DNA of 54,157 nt from Candidatus Adlerbacteria bacterium. Its GTDB lineage: Bacteria > Patescibacteriota > Minisyncoccia > Phycocordibacterales > SBAW01. The notes beneath the pieces are model-generated. The model did not search any database, had not been told where the DNA came from, and saw only the letters and a program-made list of their open reading frames with translations. The stretch covers positions 1 through 54,157 of the forward strand of contig CAINNF010000020.1 in assembly GCA_903851045.1 (NCBI GenBank), in the 5' to 3' direction. This document shows, one piece after another, positions 15,446 to 22,040 of the stretch. Position 1 is the first letter of the stretch. Each line of letters starts with the position of its first letter. Position numbers and translations under genes: made by a program.

Positions 15446-16054
15446 ATGAAACCGATCCTTTTTATCGACTTCGACGGCACTATTTGTTTCGACCGATTTT
15501 GGAGGAGCCTCGGGCCGGTCGAGTATGACAAACTTCAGTCAGCGCTCTTCCAACAGAACAAGGAAATGGCGGACGGGTGGATGCGGGGCGTGTACACGTC
15601 CGAACAGATCAACCTCTTTTTGGCGGACATATTGGACATACCCTACGACCTCCTGTGGCAGGTGTTCGTCGAAGATGCGCAAACCATGTCCGTCTCTGGT
15701 GAGTTGTTGGTGCAGATCGATTCGTTTCGCGATCGGTACCACACGGTGCTGACGACGGTCAACATGGACAGTCTCGACCGCTTCACGGTTCCCGCGCTCG
15801 ATCTCGGTCGGTACTTCGACCGCATCGTCAATTCGTACGATGACGGCCGTTTCAAATCCGATCATGGCGGCACGTTGTTTTTGGACATCGCGAGCGAACT
15901 TGAGGCGCCGATTCAAGCGTCGTATCTGTTCGATGATTCGCAGACGAACTGCGAGGTCTTCACGAAGCTTGGTGGGACTGCGTGTCGGGTCGACAAAGAT
16001 AATCCTGTTGCAGCATACCTACAGTCGCTCGTTCGTACTCCCGAGACCTGCTAG
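15446..16054 (+). CDS. HAD-superfamily hydrolase
   Basis: MKPILFIDFDGTICF carries canonical motif I (DxDGT). The ORF is open from 15320, but ATG 15446 follows the terminator and a tatact box (15414-15419). Confidence 0.7.
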   Translation: MKPILFIDFDGTICFDRFWRSLGPVEYDKLQSALFQQNKEMADGWMRGVYTSEQINLFLADILDIPYDLLWQVFVEDAQTMSVSGELLVQIDSFRDRYHTVLTTVNMDSLDRFTVPALDLGRYFDRIVNSYDDGRFKSDHGGTLFLDIASELEAPIQASYLFDDSQTNCEVFTKLGGTACRVDKDNPVAAYLQSLVRTPETC

Positions 16055-16063
16055 TGGTACACT
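16055..16063 (+). promoter_or_regulatory. Extended -10 box TGgTACACT, 6 nt before ATG 16070 (leaderless msrB)
   Basis: tggtacact 16055-16063; ATG 16070. Confidence 0.5.
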
Positions 16064-16069
16064 ACTCTT

Positions 16070-16477
16070 ATGGACGACATGCCGACAACTGAAGAAGGGT
16101 GGAAGGAGAAGTTGACGCCCGAGCAGTATGCTATTTTGCGCGAGAAGGGGACGGAGGCACCCTTCTCAGGCAAGCTGGGTGCGCCGGGGCCGGATGGTCG
16201 GTACACTTGTGCTGCATGTGGCAACCCGCTCTTTGCGGCTGATGCGAAGTTCGAGTCCGGTACCGGCTGGCCAAGCTTTGACCAGGCGCTCCCGGGCGCG
16301 GTGAAGCTCATTCCCGACACCTCTCATGGCCAGCCGTCGCTGAAGCTATGGCCGGCAAGCATGTCTCGCACCGAGGTCGTCTGCTCTCGCTGCGGCTCGC
16401 ACCTCGGCCACGTCTTCGACGATGGTCCGACCGACACCGGCAAACGATACTGTCTCAACTCGATGTGTTTGTCGTAA
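16070..16477 (+). CDS. msrB: Peptide-methionine (R)-S-oxide reductase MsrB with a 10-aa insertion
   Basis: LTPEQYAILREKGTEAPFSG, CAACGNPLF, GWPSF, CSRCGSHLGHVFDDGP..GKRYCLNS. The canonical DTSHGMxRTEV is split as DTSHG-QPSLKLWPAS-MSRTEV. Confidence 0.9.
   Translation: MDDMPTTEEGWKEKLTPEQYAILREKGTEAPFSGKLGAPGPDGRYTCAACGNPLFAADAKFESGTGWPSFDQALPGAVKLIPDTSHGQPSLKLWPASMSRTEVVCSRCGSHLGHVFDDGPTDTGKRYCLNSMCLS
16331..16360 (-). repeat. GC-rich hairpin repeat, copy E, inserted in frame in msrB
   Basis: cagccgtcgctgaagctatggccggcaagc is 27/30 identical to 6339-6368. It encodes exactly the extra QPSLKLWPAS. Confidence 0.65.
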
Positions 16478-16491
16478 GAGCCGTACGAGAC

Positions 16492-16497
16492 TACAAT
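16492..16497 (+). promoter_or_regulatory. -10 box TACAAT, 7 nt before ATG 16505 (leaderless)
   Basis: tacaat 16492-16497; ATG 16505. Confidence 0.45.
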
Positions 16498-16504
16498 ATG
16501 CTAC

Positions 16505-16804
16505 ATGAGACTGCCCGTACTCGGGTGTTATGTCCTTGCCTATAGTGCTGCAGTTTTCGACGTTGTTTGTATCTCCCTTTTTCTCGCGTATGCCATCCGT
16601 CCATTCCCTTTCGCGCACTATTACGCCCTCGCAGGCGTCGTGGCGTCTGGTATTCTATATACCCGGTACATTATTTTTTTGAGTTGGCGCGGTCCGCAGT
16701 CAGGTGATATGCACAGAAGAGTAGTTTCTATTGAATATTTGGCGTTATGCGTATGCTGTGGGTTGGGGTATCTATTCGTGCTCGCGTACACCTATCAGTC
16801 CTGA
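16505..16804 (+). CDS. Small integral membrane protein (about 3 TM helices), function unknown
   Basis: Hydrophobic segments VLGCYVLAYSAAVFDVVCISLFLAY, YYALAGVVASGILYTRYIIFL and YLALCVCCGLGYLFVLAY. Confidence 0.5.
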   Translation: MRLPVLGCYVLAYSAAVFDVVCISLFLAYAIRPFPFAHYYALAGVVASGILYTRYIIFLSWRGPQSGDMHRRVVSIEYLALCVCCGLGYLFVLAYTYQS

Positions 16805-16813
16805 TGCTATACT
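16805..16813 (+). promoter_or_regulatory. Extended -10 box TGcTATACT, 6 nt before ATG 16820 (leaderless)
   Basis: tgctatact 16805-16813; ATG 16820. Confidence 0.5.
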
Positions 16814-16819
16814 ACGGCC

Positions 16820-17947
16820 ATGAAAACGACTGGACTTTCGGGAAATGAGATTTATTGTTTACACAAGGCGGGGTATCGGTTCGGGGACATCGCAGTGGGG
16901 AATAGTGTGCACTCGCTTGGTGTGATGCGCTCAATAGGGTCAGGTTTGCGTGCCATCGCTGGTGGTGAGATAGCGTCGTATACGCAGCTCATCGAGGAAG
17001 GTCGTGCGACGGCGCTGTCGCGGATGGAGAAGGAGTCGCGTGATCGCGGCGCGGTCGGCATTTCGGGCGTCACGAGCGAGTTGGTGCTCCATGGGAGCAA
17101 TATCGAATTTCTCTCGCTCGGCTCGATGCTCCACACTGCAGGGGGTGATGGTGCTCCCGAGCAGCTTTCGTTTAGTACATCGGCCGATGGACAGGATCTC
17201 TACGCACAAGTGGACGCGCATTATACGCCCAAGCAGTTCGTGTTCGGTAACGTCGCCTACTCGATTGGCATCACCGGCGGCATCATAGGGACGCTCAAGA
17301 CGCTCGCGCGTGGTGAGGTGCGGGAGTTCTCTGACATCTTCAATACGACGCGACATCTCGCGCTCGAGCGCATCACAGCAGAGGCGGCCAAGGCGGATGC
17401 GAACGCGGTCGTTGGGATAGAGACGACCATTTTGCCGCTCTTTGGGACGGGGCTTCAAGAGATGCTCATGATCGGTACCGCTTCGCACAATCCGTCGCTG
17501 CCGGAGGGTGGTGTTGTCACCAGCGATCTGACGCCACAGGAGATGTGGAATCTCAACAAGATGGGATACGCGCCGCTGAAGTTACTCTTGGGCACCTCAG
17601 TCTACTCGCTTGGGCTCGTGGGCGGGGTTACGTCCTTTATGAAGTCGTTCGTGAAGGGCGAGATTCCCGAACTCTCACAGCTCATCTATGAGGCGCGTGA
17701 GAATGCGCTCGCTATTTTGAACAAAGAGGCGGACGCTATCGGTGCCGACGAAGTGGTCGGTGTGAAGATGTACGTCTACCAGCTCGGTGGTGGCCTGATC
17801 GAGTTTCTCGCGGTCGGTACCGCGGTCAAGAAGGTTCCCGGGCTCTCCAGCGAGAGCGCGGAGTTGGTACCTCAAGCCTTCACACCGGATTGGGATACGT
17901 TCATTAATGTTGCTGAGTTGCAGATTGGTGTAGATCTCAACAAATAA
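16820..17947 (+). CDS. Protein made of three tandem YbjQ/UPF0145 (DUF74) domains
   Basis: Three copies of the pattern ..G..v.s.g......k.l.GGE/GEi..y..l....R..A..r...eA...GA.aVvG.......g...E....GTA. Examples: IAGGEIASYTQLIEEGRATALSRM..., LARGEVREFSDIFNTTRHLALERITAEAAKADANAVVGIE..., FVKGEIPELSQLIYEARENALAILNKEADAIGADEVVGVK...AVGTAV. Confidence 0.7.
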   Translation: MKTTGLSGNEIYCLHKAGYRFGDIAVGNSVHSLGVMRSIGSGLRAIAGGEIASYTQLIEEGRATALSRMEKESRDRGAVGISGVTSELVLHGSNIEFLSLGSMLHTAGGDGAPEQLSFSTSADGQDLYAQVDAHYTPKQFVFGNVAYSIGITGGIIGTLKTLARGEVREFSDIFNTTRHLALERITAEAAKADANAVVGIETTILPLFGTGLQEMLMIGTASHNPSLPEGGVVTSDLTPQEMWNLNKMGYAPLKLLLGTSVYSLGLVGGVTSFMKSFVKGEIPELSQLIYEARENALAILNKEADAIGADEVVGVKMYVYQLGGGLIEFLAVGTAVKKVPGLSSESAELVPQAFTPDWDTFINVAELQIGVDLNK

Positions 17948-17955
17948 CCGCAATT

Positions 17956-19065
17956 CTAGAACGTGGTTGTGATTGGCGAACCCAAGCCTGTTACGTAGTC
18001 GTAGTGCGCTCGGGCGCTGCAGTAGTAGCTGCAGTCGCCATTGGTGCCGCTCGTGATGTCGCGGAAGTATGCGCTCACGTTGGTGCCAGCTTTGTCGGCA
18101 TAGAGTTGTGCGACGGTGACGCCGCTGCCGAGTGCGGCGAGTGCTGCCCACTGTGGTGCCCCTGCCGATGTGCCACCCACTACGTACCACTTGCCACCGC
18201 GGACGATGGAGAATCCAGAGGCGAGGTCTGCGTTGTATGACACATCGGGGATCGCGCGCATGCCGTTCGCTTTTGGTATCGAATACTTTTTTTGATACGC
18301 TGGTTCTTTTTCATACGCCGATACACCACCGCCACTGCCGCTCCACGCGGTCTCGCGCGCGAACGCGCCCGTAGTGTCGAAGGTGAGCGTGGTACCACCT
18401 ACGCCAATAACGTTGGGCGAGCTCGCGGGCCATGATGCTCCCACACCATCGTCACCCGATGAGGCGAAGAAGGGTGCACCGCTCTTGCTCACGAAGTGTG
18501 AGTCGAGCGTCGTCTCCTCAGAGAACTCCGCGCCGCCCCAGCTCATTGAGATAGCGGCCGCGTCGGCGCGCGATGCGGCATAATCGACCGACTTGAGTAA
18601 GTTCGCTCCCGACGGCGTGGTGGCTTCTACCAGAAGGATCTTCGCGTTCGGTGCGATAGCGTGCGCCCACTCCACGTCGAGTGTGGTCTCCAGCGCCCAG
18701 TTGCTGTTGGTATGCATCGTGGCGCTCATTTTGTGTTTTTCGAAACATCCGTTCGTTGTCGTGCAAGGCGCGAGTCCAAACTGTTTGTCGAACATCGCGA
18801 GGTCGGCCTCGATCGTCGCGTCGTCATACACCCCAACGATTACGATGGTGCCACGTCCACCACTCTGAGGTAGGTGATAAGTGCTTTTGATCTGTGCGGG
18901 TGAGAGTCCGGTCGGGGTCTTGGTAGCAGTGCCGTAGATATGGATCGGCGGCTTGCCTTTGTAATTCGAAAAATGATATGCGGCGTCGGTCCGAGCCACG
19001 AACGCAAAACCCGAGTACACCAATACACATACTAAAAAGAAAAGTGACCAAACAAATTTCCTCAT
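17956..19065 (-). CDS. Secreted S53 (sedolisin/kumamolisin-like) serine peptidase without a long propeptide
   Basis: Signal peptide MRKFVWSLFFLVCVLVYSGFAFVA. ALETTLDVEWAHAIAP supplies the Glu/Asp of the triad region. ISMSWGG is present. GGTSAGAPQWAAL is the catalytic Ser motif. Confidence 0.75.
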   Translation of the reverse strand: MRKFVWSLFFLVCVLVYSGFAFVARTDAAYHFSNYKGKPPIHIYGTATKTPTGLSPAQIKSTYHLPQSGGRGTIVIVGVYDDATIEADLAMFDKQFGLAPCTTTNGCFEKHKMSATMHTNSNWALETTLDVEWAHAIAPNAKILLVEATTPSGANLLKSVDYAASRADAAAISMSWGGAEFSEETTLDSHFVSKSGAPFFASSGDDGVGASWPASSPNVIGVGGTTLTFDTTGAFARETAWSGSGGGVSAYEKEPAYQKKYSIPKANGMRAIPDVSYNADLASGFSIVRGGKWYVVGGTSAGAPQWAALAALGSGVTVAQLYADKAGTNVSAYFRDITSGTNGDCSYYCSARAHYDYVTGLGSPITTTF

Positions 19066-19171
19066 AGGCCGCTATCCTAGCACTAATTTTTGCCAGCGCA
19101 AGAACTGGCCTACCGTCCGACAAGTTGTTATATTTGCAGTGCGGTACCACGGTACATGCGACATATTCTAT

Positions 19172-19765
19172 ATGCCTGAGTATGATACAAAAGTAAAAAA
19201 ACTACGTCGGTTGTCGATACTACTCGACGTCGTAAAGATCGTATTCGTGTCGACCATCCTGGTGGTGTGTGTGCGGTCGTTCGTTGCACAGCCGTTCGTA
19301 GTGTCGGGCGACTCGATGGTGCCCACGTTCTACCCGAACGACTATGTGGTCATCGACGAGCTCACGTACGAACTTCACAAGCCGCAGCGAGGCGACATCG
19401 TCATCTTTCAGTATCCGCTCGATCCTTCGATCTTTTTTATCAAACGCCTCATCGGCCTGCCGGGCGATACGGTCGTAGTGAACAACGGGAGTGTGTACGT
19501 ACAAACCGGGAAGCTCACGCAGCGTTTGCTCACCGAGCCGTACCTACGGGCGGGAGCGCCGAAGATCGAATCCGGCACCACCACGCTTGGTACCGACGAA
19601 TATTACGTGTTAGGCGATAATCGCAATTCAAGTTTTGATTCTCGTGTCTGGGGACCGGTGCCGGCTCGCTATATCGTCGGGCGGGTTCTTGTCCGCCTGT
19701 TTCCCTTTACGCACGCGACCGTGTACGCCCGTCCCACGGGTGCGACATCCACCGCGGTGAAATAA
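19172..19765 (+). CDS. lepB: Signal peptidase I
   Basis: VSGDSMVPTF (Ser box), RGDIVIF, FIKRLIGLPGD (Lys box), YYVLGDNRNSSFDSRVWG. The ORF is open from 19139. ATG 19172 (MPEYDTKVKK...) precedes the TM helix. Confidence 0.88.
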   Translation: MPEYDTKVKKLRRLSILLDVVKIVFVSTILVVCVRSFVAQPFVVSGDSMVPTFYPNDYVVIDELTYELHKPQRGDIVIFQYPLDPSIFFIKRLIGLPGDTVVVNNGSVYVQTGKLTQRLLTEPYLRAGAPKIESGTTTLGTDEYYVLGDNRNSSFDSRVWGPVPARYIVGRVLVRLFPFTHATVYARPTGATSTAVK

Positions 19766-19827
19766 CCCATGCTATCCACAGGTCTTGCATCGGTGCCACC
19801 CTGGGTACCGTATACTTCCTAGTACGT

Positions 19828-20316
19828 ATGTCCTCGTTTCTCAATAGGCTCAAAGACAAGAAGGTTATCCCGACCACTCCTGAGGATGATAAGAAGGAGA
19901 AGTTGCAAGCGCAGGCAAAAACTGCCGCTGACGCCTCTTCGTCCCCAGCCGAACAACTGAAGGTTGATATCTTGCAGACGACGAACGCAATTATCGTGTA
20001 CGCACAGATAGCCGGTGCGGGTGTGGAGGACTACGGTGTTACGATCGACGGCGAAGGGGACACTATCACGATCAAAGGACAACGAACACGACCAGGTGGA
20101 GAACACTTCCAACACCCCGACCTTGAAACGGCGGAAAAAGAACACGTGCTCGAAGAATGTTCCTGGGGCAGTTTCTACCGACAGATCATCCTTCCTGCCG
20201 AAGTCGATGCCGAAAAGACCGAAGCGAAGATGCGTGAAGGAGTGTTGATGCTCCTCTTACCTTTGAAGGGCACCGAAAGCAAGGGGGTACGTATACCTAT
20301 CACCGAGGTGAAGTAA
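19828..20316 (+). CDS. Hsp20/alpha-crystallin small heat-shock protein
   Basis: LKVDILQTTNAIIVYAQIAGAGVEDYGVTIDGEGDTITIKGQR...GSFYRQIILPAEVDAEKTEAKMREGVLMLLLP forms an alpha-crystallin domain. Confidence 0.8.
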   Translation: MSSFLNRLKDKKVIPTTPEDDKKEKLQAQAKTAADASSSPAEQLKVDILQTTNAIIVYAQIAGAGVEDYGVTIDGEGDTITIKGQRTRPGGEHFQHPDLETAEKEHVLEECSWGSFYRQIILPAEVDAEKTEAKMREGVLMLLLPLKGTESKGVRIPITEVK

Positions 20317-20369
20317 GAATTTTTTACGAGTTGTTCCACCTCTACGTATTTCAAAAAACAGTAGAAGTC

Positions 20370-20375
20370 TATACT
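20370..20375 (+). promoter_or_regulatory. -10 box TATACT, 8 nt before ATG 20384 (leaderless)
   Basis: tatact 20370-20375; ATG 20384. Confidence 0.45.
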
Positions 20376-20383
20376 ATTGAGCT

Positions 20384-21910
20384 ATGTTCGTTCGATGTCG
20401 GTGGCGCCGTGCGTTCGCACTTCTCGTACTCCTTTTCGGGGCTTCGTCCTTCGTAGTGCCGAACGATGTGTTTGCTGCAGACTTCTCGCTCACTCCGTCT
20501 ACAGGGTCGGTGGCGGTCGGTTCGAAGTTGTCGGTCAAGGTCACGATAGATGCCGGAAGCGATAGTGTGAACGCTGCGGACGGTACGCTCTCGTTCGACC
20601 CGACACTGCTCTCGGTCGACAGCATCTCGAAGGATGGTTCATCGTTCTCTCTGTGGACCGCAGACCCTTCGTTCTCGAACACTGACGGCACGGTATCGTT
20701 TAGCGGTGGTACGCCGACCGCTTTTTCCAATTCGGGAAAGGTGTTGACCATCGTGTTCAAAGGAAAGGCGATCGGCTCCGCGGATGTGACCTTCAGTAAA
20801 GGTTCTATTCTGGCTGCCGATGGTAAGGGTACTGATGTGTACAAGAACGGCAACAAGGGAACGTTCAGCGTGACCGCCGCGAGCGCAGCACCTCCACCGG
20901 TCACAACTCCGGTAGCTGACACACAGGTGTCCGCAAGCGACTCCACCGGAGATGGCGCCACTCCCATAGAGCCGATCGTTACGTCTCCCACGTATCCGAA
21001 ACCCGATACGTGGTATGGCACGAGCACGGCAGTATTCACCTGGCAATTGACCTCTGATGTGACCGCAGTGCGTACGTTGCTTTCGGACAAGGATAACGAC
21101 ACTCCCAAAGTGACGCTGGCTGGTGGAGCGACCACGACACAAACCGTGACGGGCATCAAGGATGGGATTTCCTATTATTATGTGCAAGCGAAGAACGATT
21201 ATGGGTGGGGAGATATCGGCAAGATAAAGGTCCAGGTCGATACGACGCCGCCGCTCACGTTCGATATCGCGTACCAGGAACCCGGCAGTGATGGGGGACC
21301 ACCGAAACTTGCGTTCAAAACGGACGATGCGCTTTCGGGTATGGACCACTACGTGCTGGCGGTCGGCACGTCGACACCCATCACTATCAACGTGAAGGAT
21401 ATCCCCGACGGCACGTATCCGGTACCACCGCAGGGCGGGGGACAGCAACATGTGGTCGTGCGGGCGTACGACAAGGCGGGGAACATGACCGAGGTCGCGA
21501 AAGACCTCACACTACCGTTCGTCGCGAAGCCAAAGCCGGCCACCGCGACGGACCAGACCACGGTCGCCCCTACGTCGTCGGGGTTCGGTGTCGAGGAGTA
21601 TCTGCTCGTGCTGTTCGCGCTCCTCCTGGGAGGACTCATCGCATGGGGAAGGTATACCCGCAAAACGGCGGCCAGAGAGAAGGAGAAGTTGTTGCAAGCG
21701 GTCCTTGAGGTGCGAGATAAGAACGACCGTATATTCTCCGCGATGCGAGAGGAGTTCGAGCAATTGGTACAGGATTTCGACGAAAAACCACAACTCACGC
21801 CGCAGGAACGCGCCTTACTTGAAAGTATCAAGGAGGTCTTGGATATATCCGAAGAATTGGTGGATACCGGGCTTGAGGATCTAAAAAAGATGGTCCGGAA
21901 TCAACCGTAG
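20384..21910 (+). CDS. Membrane-anchored cohesin-domain protein (cohesin + Ig-like module + TM + cytoplasmic coiled coil)
   Basis: Signal peptide, then FSLTPSTGSVAVGSKLSVKVTIDAGSDSVNAADGTLSFDPTLLSVDSISKDGS...GKVLTIVFKGKAIGSADVTF (cohesin pattern). VDTTPP...SGMDHYVLAV...VVVRAYDKAGN module. TM helix YLLVLFALLLGGLIAWG. Charged helical tail. Confidence 0.75.
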   Translation: MFVRCRWRRAFALLVLLFGASSFVVPNDVFAADFSLTPSTGSVAVGSKLSVKVTIDAGSDSVNAADGTLSFDPTLLSVDSISKDGSSFSLWTADPSFSNTDGTVSFSGGTPTAFSNSGKVLTIVFKGKAIGSADVTFSKGSILAADGKGTDVYKNGNKGTFSVTAASAAPPPVTTPVADTQVSASDSTGDGATPIEPIVTSPTYPKPDTWYGTSTAVFTWQLTSDVTAVRTLLSDKDNDTPKVTLAGGATTTQTVTGIKDGISYYYVQAKNDYGWGDIGKIKVQVDTTPPLTFDIAYQEPGSDGGPPKLAFKTDDALSGMDHYVLAVGTSTPITINVKDIPDGTYPVPPQGGGQQHVVVRAYDKAGNMTEVAKDLTLPFVAKPKPATATDQTTVAPTSSGFGVEEYLLVLFALLLGGLIAWGRYTRKTAAREKEKLLQAVLEVRDKNDRIFSAMREEFEQLVQDFDEKPQLTPQERALLESIKEVLDISEELVDTGLEDLKKMVRNQP

Positions 21911-22040
21911 CCCTACCTCAATGTTTTCAGCATTTTTTCTTTTATTTGCAAGCTACAATGTTCCCAGATACTAACAGTTTTTAGCCGTCGGTGGTGCTAG
22001 AATAAAGGAGTGGACGACGCGTATGCGTTCGGCATATTAG

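Noticed and set aside
13456-15531. 691-aa minus-strand ORF spanning the HAD and ATP-grasp genes
   Set aside because: It is Arg-rich with no motifs. It lies antisense to two plus-strand genes that have recognisable HAD and ligase motifs and a promoter and terminator in the plus orientation. This is a typical long antisense ORF of GC-rich coding DNA.
20374-21451. Minus-strand ORFs of 261 and 270 aa opposite the first cohesin gene
   Set aside because: They are antisense artefacts. The plus frame has a signal peptide, cohesin pattern and TM helix.
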